From the IMG/VR virus record IMGVR_UViG_3300037834_000023, positions 1 to 40,964 of that record: a DNA stretch of 40,964 bases. One strand, given 5' to 3'. The stretch comes from a virus (Duplodnaviria > Caudoviricetes). The notes below the pieces were generated by a model. That model was not told the DNA's origin, searched no databases, and saw nothing but the letters and a program-made list of their open reading frames with translations. Numbering within the stretch: position 1 is the stretch's first letter; each line of letters begins with the position of its first letter. The position numbers and the translations under genes were made by a program. Shown here piece after piece: positions 27,308 to 35,706 of the stretch.

Positions 27308-29079
27308 GCCCAATCCCCGCCAAAAGCGTCCCCCTCGATATCGTGCCACGCCAGCGCTTTGGCCGGACGCGTGCCGACCGGCCCCGCGATCATGCGCTGA
27401 CCGTCACCGCTCACCAGCCTGCGTCGCGGCACAACGCCATCGGGCACCCCTTGGGGCAACATCGCTTCGTTCATCGGCCCCTTGATGCCCAGCACGCGCC
27501 GATAGAGCGCCCGCACCATTTCATTTTCCTCGCGCAACGCTGCGTCGGCTTCGAGATCGGCGGCGCAGGCGGTCATTGCGGTAGACGAATATCCCATCGC
27601 CTTGAACATCGCTTTCAGGTCGCGCTCGGTTGACAATATCGCACGACGCTGCGCGCGCAGGTCCAACAGTCGCTGCATGCCCAGATGCAGGCGACGTTCG
27701 GCGGCATCTTCGCTTTCTGGCCAGCAATATTTGCCGTCGTCCGACTTTGTGTACGCATCGATCGTGACCTTGGCGACAGCACCAGGTACCGCTGAAATCT
27801 CGCGCTCGAACCGCGCACGCCAGATGCCCAGATATTGTCGCTGCGTCTCTGCATCCGCGATGCTGGCCGCCATATCCTCCAGCTGGTGCCATGCAGCCGA
27901 AATCGCTTCTGGGGGCAAGGGGTCGCCGGCAGTCGCTTTGGCCTCCGCAACCACCGCGTCGAACAGGGTTTCGGACATGGTCGCCGCCAGTTCGACCGCG
28001 ACTTCGATTCCTGCCTTGCGGCCGAGCCGCAACATATCGTCCGGGTCGAGGCCATCGGGCAGCTTCGCCACCCGCAACGTGCCGGCGGGGCCAACGAACG
28101 GCAGCGCCGTGCGACACGCACGCACCGCCGCCTTGCGCCCGGCTGCGTCGCCATCGAACAGCAATACAGGCGAAGCGTGCACGCGCCAGAGCCTCTTTAT
28201 CTGCTCTTCCGTCAACGCGGTACCCATCGGCGCCACGCATTCGGGCAGTCCGTGCGCGGTCATTGCAATCACGTCGAAATAACCTTCGACCACGATCAGC
28301 CGACCCGTGCTGCCGGATTTCGGCCGTGCCAATGGTGCTGCGCGGTGCAAATTGAACAGCGTCTTGCCCTTGTCGAATATCTCGCTGTCGGGTGAATTGA
28401 TATACTTCGCGGTATCGGCCTTGCCCGAAAAATCGCGCCCGCCGAATCCGATGATCTTGCCGCGCGCATCATGCACCGGCACCATGATCCGGTCGACAAA
28501 GCGCTCCCCAAAAACCGACTGCCCTGAGCCTGTCGAAGTGGTCTCCCAAAGCAGCCCAGCACCGACGCCCGAACGCTGCGTGATTCCCGTACCTCGCAGA
28601 TTTCCCCGTGCGCCAGCAAAACCCAGCCCGAAGTGGTCGGCGATGTCGCTGTCGACCCAGCGACCGGCGAGATATTCGCCAACCGAAGGCGTCGACGCGA
28701 GACCAGCCCGATACACGGCTTGCGCCGCTTCCAGCGCTGGCCGAAGCCCCTCGACCCGCCGCACTGCCTCCGCCGCCTGCGGGCTCGCCGCTGGCACATC
28801 GATGCCGGCGGCATCGGCCAGCTGCTGCACCGCATCCAGAAACGGCAGCGCTTCATGGTCGGTCAGCCAGCGAATGGCGTCGCCATGCGCGCCACAACCG
28901 AAACAATGGTAAAATCCCTTGTCGTCATTGACCGTGAATGAAGGCGTTTTTTCATTATGAAACGGGCAGCATCCCTTATGCTCGCGCCCCGCCTTCGTCA
29001 GCTTGACACGCAATCCCACCAGCGCCGACAAGGTCGTCGCATCGCGCAGCCGACCGAGAAATTCCTTCGAAAGGCTCAT
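27304..29079 (-). CDS. dnaG: DnaG-type primase with C-terminal GapR/DUF2312-like domain
   Basis: CPFH..CFGC zinc finger, FGGR, KYINSP, TOPRIM VEGYFD/FDGDAAG/DPDD; GapR-like 72 aa at 27487-27702. Confidence 0.92.
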   Translation of the reverse strand: MSLSKEFLGRLRDATTLSALVGLRVKLTKAGREHKGCCPFHNEKTPSFTVNDDKGFYHCFGCGAHGDAIRWLTDHEALPFLDAVQQLADAAGIDVPAASPQAAEAVRRVEGLRPALEAAQAVYRAGLASTPSVGEYLAGRWVDSDIADHFGLGFAGARGNLRGTGITQRSGVGAGLLWETTSTGSGQSVFGERFVDRIMVPVHDARGKIIGFGGRDFSGKADTAKYINSPDSEIFDKGKTLFNLHRAAPLARPKSGSTGRLIVVEGYFDVIAMTAHGLPECVAPMGTALTEEQIKRLWRVHASPVLLFDGDAAGRKAAVRACRTALPFVGPAGTLRVAKLPDGLDPDDMLRLGRKAGIEVAVELAATMSETLFDAVVAEAKATAGDPLPPEAISAAWHQLEDMAASIADAETQRQYLGIWRARFEREISAVPGAVAKVTIDAYTKSDDGKYCWPESEDAAERRLHLGMQRLLDLRAQRRAILSTERDLKAMFKAMGYSSTAMTACAADLEADAALREENEMVRALYRRVLGIKGPMNEAMLPQGVPDGVVPRRRLVSGDGQRMIAGPVGTRPAKALAWHDIEGDAFGGDWA

Positions 29080-30449
29080 TCAAACAGGCTCGCCTGCGCT
29101 GGCGGCTCCATCCGCTGCGAACAGAGCATCCAGACAAAGCCACGCATATGCGGCAACCACCGGGTCAACGCCGTTTCCGGTAAGCCGCAGTCGGTCCACC
29201 CGGTGGGCCAGCGCATCAAAGCCTCGACGAAAAAGACGTTCAGCCGCTTCTTTGTCGATGGCGGGCGCGAATTCGGGTCGGGTGCGCAGCAGTCCGGGCC
29301 ATCGGGCGTCGGAAGGTCTTGGGATGATGATCGGGAATCCGCCCACGCTTCCGCCTGCCAGTCGAGCATGTCGAGCCTCGATTTCCCGTCCTTCCGCGTC
29401 AAGCTGGTCAGCGACCCGCCCTTGTGCATCCGCGCTGTCGGCGTCGACCACGCTGCTGCCTGGCTTTCCAGCCCGACCTGAACTTTCTTCCCGTTGTGCA
29501 TCGCCGTCCTGCCCTGCATCGTTGCATGATGCGTCGTGCGGCCGCCGTTCGGCACGTTCGGCGTCAGCCAATGCTCCGCCTGATCTTCCAGATTGACCGA
29601 ATGCCCGCCCGCCTTGCGCTTCTCCGCCGGTTGCGACCCACCCCGCTTCGACAGGTCCGACGGCGTGCGCCACTGCTCTAACTGCTGCGTCAAGCCCGTC
29701 TGTGCCATCCGGCCCGTCTCGGCGTCGAACGCGCGTTCCCCGCCGCTCCATTGCTCCCCCGTCGCGGTGCGAAGCCGTTCGGTCATAATCCCCGGGTCGC
29801 GCGCTGCCGGTGTTTTCCAATTCTGCGCCACACCCGTCAAAGTCGGGCGCGGCAAATCCGGATTGCCACGGTCGCGCGTATATTCCCCCGCTTCCATCGC
29901 CCGCGCGGTCGGCCATGATGAACAATCGCCGCCGCCCGTGGCTGTTGCCGGTTTCGCCCGAGCTGAAAATTCCAGCAGCAACGCGGTAGCCCATTCTTTC
30001 CAGTGCCGGGACGATAGCGGCAAGCTGCCCGTCTGCATTCCCCGGGACGTTTTCGCGGAACAGACGAACAGGCCGGATTTCATCGACGATGCGAATGACC
30101 TGGTCGATAAGGAACCGGTCATCGTCGGCCCCGCCGCGCTTTCCCGCGACGCTGTTGGGCTGGCAGGGATCACCGCTAGTGACGATATGAACGCGGCCGC
30201 GCCAAGGCCGACCGTCGAAAGTGGCAAGGTCAGACCAGACAGCCGCCGGATGAAGGCATCCCGTTTCCATGCGCGCGACCAGTGTTGCGGCGGCATAGGC
30301 TTCCCTCTCCACGAAAGCGACACCGCGCGCTCCGGGCATGGCGAGCCGAAGCCCGAGATCGAGCCCGCCTGCGCCGGCGCACAGGCTGACGACGCGCACG
30401 TCGCCTCCTCGATCGGGATAAATTCCTGCGGGATGAACAGCCATGTCAT
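29076..30449 (-). CDS. Overlapping alternative-frame methyltransferase partner, frame B (WxTP repeats and motif IX)
   Basis: WPTA/WKTP/WRTP/WLTP/WSTP repeats and LNVFFVEALMRWPTGWT; coupled to genes on both sides. Confidence 0.75.
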   Translation of the reverse strand: MTWLFIPQEFIPIEEATCASSACAPAQAGSISGFGSPCPERAVSLSWRGKPMPPQHWSRAWKRDAFIRRLSGLTLPLSTVGLGAAAFISSLAVIPASPTASRESAAGPTMTGSLSTRSFASSMKSGLFVCSAKTSRGMQTGSLPLSSRHWKEWATALLLEFSARAKPATATGGGDCSSWPTARAMEAGEYTRDRGNPDLPRPTLTGVAQNWKTPAARDPGIMTERLRTATGEQWSGGERAFDAETGRMAQTGLTQQLEQWRTPSDLSKRGGSQPAEKRKAGGHSVNLEDQAEHWLTPNVPNGGRTTHHATMQGRTAMHNGKKVQVGLESQAAAWSTPTARMHKGGSLTSLTRKDGKSRLDMLDWQAEAWADSRSSSQDLPTPDGPDCCAPDPNSRPPSTKKRLNVFFVEALMRWPTGWTDCGLPETALTRWLPHMRGFVWMLCSQRMEPPAQASLFE

Positions 30450-30453
30450 TCAC
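29080..30453 (-). CDS. C5 DNA cytosine methyltransferase, frame A (motifs I-VIII and X)
   Basis: SLCAGAGG, GDPCQP, ENVPG, HGRRRLF, GNGVDPVVA. Confidence 0.88.
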   Translation of the reverse strand: MNDMAVHPAGIYPDRGGDVRVVSLCAGAGGLDLGLRLAMPGARGVAFVEREAYAAATLVARMETGCLHPAAVWSDLATFDGRPWRGRVHIVTSGDPCQPNSVAGKRGGADDDRFLIDQVIRIVDEIRPVRLFRENVPGNADGQLAAIVPALERMGYRVAAGIFSSGETGNSHGRRRLFIMADRAGDGSGGIYARPWQSGFAAPDFDGCGAELENTGSARPGDYDRTASHRDGGAMERRGTRVRRRDGPDGTDGLDAAVRAVAHAVGPVEAGWVATGGEAQGGRAFGQSGRSGGALADAERAERRPHDASCNDAGQDGDAQREESSGRAGKPGSSVVDADSADAQGRVADQLDAEGREIEARHARLAGGSVGGFPIIIPRPSDARWPGLLRTRPEFAPAIDKEAAERLFRRGFDALAHRVDRLRLTGNGVDPVVAAYAWLCLDALFAADGAASAGEPV

Positions 30454-30647
30454 GCATCACCGTCCGAAACCGGCCCCAGCAGCGCCCGCGCGCGGTCGAG
30501 ATGCGCCTGCGCGCGCGGCACGTCGCAATGCGGGCCGTCGATCGCCAGTTCCATCGCCAGCTGCACTTCCTCGCGCACCCGCCGCGCCAGCGAATAGACC
30601 GATATCCGCGACGGCGTGACCGGTGCAATGTCCGCCCAGGCGTTCAT
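30450..30647 (-). CDS. Hypothetical protein
   Basis: Overlap coupling on both sides. Confidence 0.6.
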   Translation of the reverse strand: MNAWADIAPVTPSRISVYSLARRVREEVQLAMELAIDGPHCDVPRAQAHLDRARALLGPVSDGDA

Positions 30648-32011
30648 GCCGCGACCTCGCCGAACAGCCCGCCCAAAGGCTCCGGTTTCGACCGCAGCGC
30701 CTTGGCGTGGTTGTGTTCCTGAAATGTCAAAGCACCCTCGCCGCGCAGGAACGCCAGCTTGCGTTCGATGTCGGCAACATGGTCGGCCTCAAGCTCAATC
30801 ATCGTGCAGTCAAAGCCCTCTGCCATTGCGGCGATTCCGGTCGTGCCGCTGCCAGCAAAGGGCTCCAGAATATGACCACCGGGCGGGGTAACGAGGCGGC
30901 ATAGCCAGCGCATAAGGTCAACGGGCTTGACGGTTGCGTGGGTCGTTCCGATGCGGTCTAGCGGGCCTGCCTTGGCGCTGTAAAAGAAACGGGCTGCGGA
31001 GCCGGAGTCGCCTCCCCAATTTGCCTCTTCTCCTGTGCGGTCACGAATGTCGAATGTGCCTAATTGTGACTGCCCACCTCGCTTATGATGTGTGAGCAAC
31101 TGCACCGAAGAGGTTTCAGGAAAGCCCGCCAGCACTTCATCGCTGCCATCGTGGATAAGATTGGCTGGCCAGCGGCCTGTGGGTTGTGGCTTTTCATCTG
31201 CTTTTCTGTCGCGGATTTTGAAAGTGCTGGTGCCATGCAGGCCATTATCGCCGCCTATTGCGTTGCATCGAGTGTCCTCTTCCGTCCCCACCCGACACCC
31301 ATCAATGTTAATCGCGCCAGTGCCATGCTTCAAAACATTGGCGGCAATGCTCTTTTCGGATAGCGGCTTGCGGGCAAGGCAGATCGGCTCGAGCGCGGGC
31401 TTGAGCGCAGTTCCCCATCCTTGCCATTGTTCGGCTTCGGGGGTGGCTGGCTTGTTTCCAGCGACTTCATGGAATCCGGTTTCGCGGCTTTTCTCGATCC
31501 AAGGGCGAGTATCAGAGGCACCTGACATTGTGCCAGAAGTTGCCGGTCGCGCTTTGTGCTTTATAGTTTCCCGCTCCGCACCCGCCGCCTTATCAATCCC
31601 CTTACTCACATCATGCGATTTCGGGAATCCGCTGCCATAGGCCCAGAACAGGGAATCGCGGATTTCAAAGCCCGCATCCTCGATAGCGCAGGCCATGCGG
31701 TGATATGTGCGCGTTCCGCTGAATGCGACAAGGTGCGCCCCGGGTTTCAGCGTGTCATAAACCGCGCGCCATGTTTCGGACCGGAAAGCAATGTCGCCGC
31801 CATCCCATTCCTTGCCCATGAAACCCTTGGCTGCGCGGGCATAAGCACCCGTTGCGCCGACCTTGGCCTCGGCTGCATTCTTGCCGCCAAATCGCTTGAC
31901 GATGCTGGTCAGGTGATATGGCGGGTCGGTCACGCAGGCGTCGAATAGCGGGCCGTCATAATCGGAAAGCCAGTCGAGGCAGGATGCATTATGGACGGTG
32001 ATGGTGCTCAT
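30644..32011 (-). CDS. Amino (N6-A/N4-C) DNA methyltransferase, beta class
   Basis: TDPPY, WAYGSGFPK, HATVKP, EPFAGSGTT. Confidence 0.92.
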   Translation of the reverse strand: MSTITVHNASCLDWLSDYDGPLFDACVTDPPYHLTSIVKRFGGKNAAEAKVGATGAYARAAKGFMGKEWDGGDIAFRSETWRAVYDTLKPGAHLVAFSGTRTYHRMACAIEDAGFEIRDSLFWAYGSGFPKSHDVSKGIDKAAGAERETIKHKARPATSGTMSGASDTRPWIEKSRETGFHEVAGNKPATPEAEQWQGWGTALKPALEPICLARKPLSEKSIAANVLKHGTGAINIDGCRVGTEEDTRCNAIGGDNGLHGTSTFKIRDRKADEKPQPTGRWPANLIHDGSDEVLAGFPETSSVQLLTHHKRGGQSQLGTFDIRDRTGEEANWGGDSGSAARFFYSAKAGPLDRIGTTHATVKPVDLMRWLCRLVTPPGGHILEPFAGSGTTGIAAMAEGFDCTMIELEADHVADIERKLAFLRGEGALTFQEHNHAKALRSKPEPLGGLFGEVAA

Positions 32012-32205
32012 CGCGCCTGCCACCCCAGCGCCTTGCGCACGCGCGACAGCAGGGTCAGCCCCTGCGTCGCGGTCAGCGCCATCGCGCTCGCCGCCTCAAA
32101 CACCGTGAACTCGCACGCCAGATATTCGGCAAAGATGTCGACCGGACGCTTCAGCCCGCGCAGGTCCGGCGTCGCACGCCCCCCCCCTGTCCGGACGGCG
32201 CCCAC
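32008..32205 (-). CDS. Small hypothetical protein (HTH-like)
   Basis: VFEAASAMAL...LGWQAR; ATGA overlap. Confidence 0.6.
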   Translation of the reverse strand: MGAVRTGGGRATPDLRGLKRPVDIFAEYLACEFTVFEAASAMALTATQGLTLLSRVRKALGWQAR

Positions 32206-32207
32206 GA

Positions 32208-32693
32208 CTAGGCCACCATTTCCATCACGTCGCCGGCAATAGTGGTGAACCCGTATCGGGCGATCTCCGCCTGCCGCTGCTGCTCGATCCAGTCCGCCCG
32301 GGCATGGGCTGCCTGCTCGCGCAGTGCTGCAATGCGGGCCTCTTCCAGTACGTAAAGCGGCGGGCCGTCGACCTGGTTGAATTCCAGCCGCCGGCCCCTG
32401 TCCGCGGCGCGTGGCATCGGCCAGCCAGATGGAAATCGATCCATTGCATCGGCGATCGCAAACGCCCGGGAAGGTGCCATGCGGATCGTGCCGTGAATGA
32501 AGCTGGCGATTTTCGCGCCGCCGGACGCGCTGCTTCCCGACGCCACCGAAAGCCGCGACAGGCTGATATCATGTTCGCGCAGGAAAGCGGAAATCGCCTG
32601 CCGAAACGCCAGCGCCTCGTCACTATAGTCGATCAGCATCCGCCCAAAGACACGAACCTGCGGGCATGCCTTGGCAAGTTGCAGCGAGGTCAT
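32208..32693 (-). CDS. Hypothetical protein with HTH-like segment
   Basis: Start MTSLQL by TGATG coupling; FLREHDISLSRLS. Confidence 0.6.
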   Translation of the reverse strand: MTSLQLAKACPQVRVFGRMLIDYSDEALAFRQAISAFLREHDISLSRLSVASGSSASGGAKIASFIHGTIRMAPSRAFAIADAMDRFPSGWPMPRAADRGRRLEFNQVDGPPLYVLEEARIAALREQAAHARADWIEQQRQAEIARYGFTTIAGDVMEMVA

Positions 32694-33277
32694 CAGCTCT
32701 TCCCCTTCGTCAAATCCAGCCATCCGGTCTTCCGCCCGTCGGGCAGGACAAACCGTGTTCGACTCTGGTCTTTCAGATTCTCGCGCTTCACCGCGCCGCT
32801 GGCTATCAGGCCGGCACACGCGCGCCTTGCCGCCGACAGCGCCGCCTGGCTGCTGCCAAGCCGCGCCGCGTGCGCCATTTCACGATAGGTCGGCGCTGCC
32901 TTGTCGAAATTCGCATGCCTCGCGATGAGCCGCGCGATGCGCCCCGCCGGCGTGTCGTCATCCTTGTCCGCCGCGCGCGCGGCCACCCCGCGCACCGCCC
33001 GCGAAACGCCACTTTCCAGCGCGCACGGGTCGGCGCGCTTTTCGGCAATGAACTGCGTCGAACCGTCGCCCATGCGGCGAAACACCGTGATGATCAGCCC
33101 GCGCCGCAACCACGCACTGGCGAGGATGGCCGTCGCCAGGTTGCGCGGAAATTCCCGCGCCACCGCGTAAACCACCTGTTCGCCGACCGCGGCCGACGCC
33201 AGCCAGACTTCGAACGCGCCCGCGCTGTCCATCACCGGCAATTCCGGAGGAGTCGGGGCGCGTGCCACGTCAGCCAT
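32693..33277 (-). CDS. Hypothetical protein with C-terminal winged-HTH-like domain
   Basis: Start MADVAR; APTYREMAHAARLGS. Confidence 0.65.
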   Translation of the reverse strand: MADVARAPTPPELPVMDSAGAFEVWLASAAVGEQVVYAVAREFPRNLATAILASAWLRRGLIITVFRRMGDGSTQFIAEKRADPCALESGVSRAVRGVAARAADKDDDTPAGRIARLIARHANFDKAAPTYREMAHAARLGSSQAALSAARRACAGLIASGAVKRENLKDQSRTRFVLPDGRKTGWLDLTKGKS

Positions 33278-33572
33278 GCGCCACCACCTTCGCCAGCAAA
33301 TCGCGCATCTGCCGCGCTTCAACGGCGCCAAATTCGACCCCGCCGACCATAATCGTGCGGCCCAGCCCGTGAAATCCGAACAGCGCCCGCTCGAACGCGT
33401 CACGCAGTTGAATCAGCCTTCGCTTGTCCTGCCCCAGCGTCAGCCGGTTGAATCTGCCCGCCTCTTCGAAGCGCAATACCCAGCAATACCCGTTCTCGAA
33501 TATATCGACCATCGCAGCGCCGACCGCGGCCACGACACGACTATCGATCTGCGTTTCGACACCGGTCAGCAT
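33270..33572 (-). CDS. Hypothetical protein
   Basis: Overlaps the next gene; may be extended upstream across a G9 run. Confidence 0.55.
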   Translation of the reverse strand: MLTGVETQIDSRVVAAVGAAMVDIFENGYCWVLRFEEAGRFNRLTLGQDKRRLIQLRDAFERALFGFHGLGRTIMVGGVEFGAVEARQMRDLLAKVVAHG

Positions 33573-33657
33573 CCTGCCCTCACCGTCGAAATCAGCGCAG
33601 GTAACACCCTCGCGGATCGGCCAAGGCCCCGAATACGCTCGTGCCCCCCCCCAGCCA

Positions 33658-34131
33658 TCAGGCGACCCCTGCGATCAGCATCTTGTCGGCCAGCGCCAGC
33701 AGGTCGCGCACGTCGGCGATTTCGTTGCGCACCTTGTCGCGCGCTTTCTTGTCCATTCCGGCCTGCACGCCGTCGATAATCGCCGACTGCACCTCGCCGC
33801 CTTCCTTGGCGAGACGTCCGACCATCAACAGGATATTGCTTGCCAGATCGCCGCCGTCACCGGAATCGTTCGGCAGCAAGGTCGCCCCCAGAACACGGGC
33901 CATTTGCGCTGCTATCAACGGCTTCTGCCCCGTGGCGGTCAAAGCCTGGTCAATCGCAACCGCAGCATCCAGCGGCGGCATGTCCGCATCGTTGATATTG
34001 ACCCAGCGGCCAACCGTGGAGCGCGTGCGCTCGACAATCGGCACCACGCCGTCAATCCCGCCGAGCAGCGAAACCGCCGCGCGCACTGCCTGCTTGACCG
34101 GCACCAGTTCGGGCGAAAGCGTCCGGTTCAT
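33658..34131 (-). CDS. CII-like phage regulatory protein
   Basis: KQAVRAAVSLLGG...STVGRW HTH-like pattern; downstream of cro. Confidence 0.65.
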   Translation of the reverse strand: MNRTLSPELVPVKQAVRAAVSLLGGIDGVVPIVERTRSTVGRWVNINDADMPPLDAAVAIDQALTATGQKPLIAAQMARVLGATLLPNDSGDGGDLASNILLMVGRLAKEGGEVQSAIIDGVQAGMDKKARDKVRNEIADVRDLLALADKMLIAGVA

Positions 34132-34601
34132 TCCCCGCACCCCCGACCGACCTGACCGATATCCTCGCCGACAAAAAAATGCCGCCAGTAAACCCAGCCA
34201 TTCGGGCAGGCAAAGCCCCACTCGCGCACCTTCGGTCCTGTTGAAAACAGCGAAATCGTGCGCGTGATGCCAGGCAGCAGTTCAAACCGGTGCAGTGCAT
34301 TCGCCGCGCGCTCGATCACGTCGCCTTCTTGGCGCTCGAAAACGCCGTCGGGCGTGTGTTCGATATAACCACCGCGCAGGATGAACGACACGTTCGCCCA
34401 AGGGTGATCGTGCATCGCCCGGTCGTCGTCAGGTCCGGTCATTTCGTGCAGGTAAAGGTTCAAATAATCGTTGCGCGGTACAATCCACCAGCGGCGGATG
34501 TAGCTTTGACCGATCTCGAAATCCTCTGGCGACGAAGCCATAATGCCATCGGCCCATGCCTGCATGTCTGCAAGCGATGCCGAAAATTGCCCACCGCTCA
34601 T
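34128..34601 (-). CDS. Cupin-fold protein
   Basis: YLHE...DDDRAMHDHPW...GGYIE...HR...REWGF. Confidence 0.8.
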   Translation of the reverse strand: MSGGQFSASLADMQAWADGIMASSPEDFEIGQSYIRRWWIVPRNDYLNLYLHEMTGPDDDRAMHDHPWANVSFILRGGYIEHTPDGVFERQEGDVIERAANALHRFELLPGITRTISLFSTGPKVREWGFACPNGWVYWRHFFVGEDIGQVGRGCGE

Positions 34602-35221
34602 TCCGGCAACCTTTCTGGAAAGCCAACCTTTTCACTGGTGGCATTGAATTTCCGGATGATGGCGGATGCGAGGTCAATGCCTTCGCTTGCCGCCAGCGGG
34701 TCGAGATAAATCGCGACGTCGGCGATTTCGTCGGCAAGGCTGGCACGCAATTCACTCTCGGTCTTGTCGTTTCCGACCATCCCATCGCGATAGCGGTTCA
34801 GCTTCTTTGCATCGTTGGCAGCTTCGCCGAGTTCGCCCATCGTTGCGGTAAACCAGTCGGACAGCGACCATTCATTCAGCCCGCCGGGATGCCAGCGCAT
34901 CGATCGGGCAACGCCGATCTCGCGTAACGTAGCAAAGGTCAGTGGCCCACTTTGCAGCCCCTTCTCGATATCGTCGACCAGCACGTCGAGCCGGCGCAGC
35001 GCCGTTCCGATCTCGCGTAACGTAGCAAAGGTCAGTGGCCCACTTTGCAGCCCCTTCTCGATATCGTCGACCAGCACGTCGAGCCGGCGCAGCGCCGTTC
35101 CGATCTCGCCGGCGTCGACGCCGTGCTGCGGTTCGGACGCGCCGTGCAGCGCAGCGCGCAGCGGGTCGGCAATCGCGTTGATGCGCCGCACCAGCGCGCT
35201 GCTGTCGGTCGCGGCGGTCAT
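34598..35221 (-). CDS. MazG-like nucleotide pyrophosphohydrolase with internal 31-aa duplication
   Basis: GELGEAAN..KK and LADEIADVAIYL motifs. Confidence 0.85.
   Translation of the reverse strand: MTAATDSSALVRRINAIADPLRAALHGASEPQHGVDAGEIGTALRRLDVLVDDIEKGLQSGPLTFATLREIGTALRRLDVLVDDIEKGLQSGPLTFATLREIGVARSMRWHPGGLNEWSLSDWFTATMGELGEAANDAKKLNRYRDGMVGNDKTESELRASLADEIADVAIYLDPLAASEGIDLASAIIRKFNATSEKVGFPERLPE
34914..35109. repeat. Exact 93-bp tandem duplication
   Basis: Copies start at 34914 and 35007; CCGATCTCGC occurs at 34914, 35007 and 35100. Confidence 0.95.
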
Positions 35222-35706
35222 CGGCTGGCACCTTGGCGGGAGGCGCTTGACGCACCCCCCGCTTCGGTTTCAGATGATGGTATCGCGGCACCACCTGAAA
35301 GGACTATCGAATGGCCGAACCCGAAAACGTGAACATTTTTCCCGACGAGATCGAAGGCGGAACGACCGAATTCTCCGACGGCAGCGTCTATTATGGCGTC
35401 CGGTTTATCGATTTGAAACAGGACAAATGCGCAACCGTGTTGTTCACACCCGAATCGATTAGCCGCGCCGCCAGCCAGATTGCCGCACTGATGAACAGCG
35501 CGTCCGGCAAATCGCCGCACTGACTTCGTAACAGGCAATCTTTCTTGCGCGTCGCGGCGCTGCCAGCGACCAGCCCAAAACATCAGCGAAGCGCTGGCCT
35601 TAAAACTGCGGCTCTCCCGGCTTTCCGGTCGAGGGTTGTCAAGAACCATCCGGCTGTGCGCGACAAACCGGCCAGCATTGCCGATGTCACAAATGGCCGC
35701 GCTCAC
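35218..35706 (-). CDS. Hypothetical ORF linking cro to mazG
   Basis: GTGA and ATGA overlaps at its ends; contains an antisense ORF. Confidence 0.35.
   Translation of the reverse strand: MSAAICDIGNAGRFVAHSRMVLDNPRPESRESRSFKASASLMFWAGRWQRRDAQERLPVTKSVRRFAGRAVHQCGNLAGGAANRFGCEQHGCAFVLFQIDKPDAIIDAAVGEFGRSAFDLVGKNVHVFGFGHSIVLSGGAAIPSSETEAGGASSASRQGASR
35311..35523 (+). CDS. Small acidic hypothetical protein, antisense to the operon
   Basis: AAAGGA RBS; globular, protein-like sequence. Confidence 0.55.
   Translation: MAEPENVNIFPDEIEGGTTEFSDGSVYYGVRFIDLKQDKCATVLFTPESISRAASQIAALMNSASGKSPH

Noticed and set aside
29076-32011. Restriction-modification system
   Set aside because: No recognisable endonuclease near the methyltransferases; the HNH gene is in the packaging position
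34914-35109. Repeats here and at 38125-39016 considered as a CRISPR array or DGR template/variable repeat
   Set aside because: No spacers, cas genes or reverse transcriptase; differences are not adenine-specific
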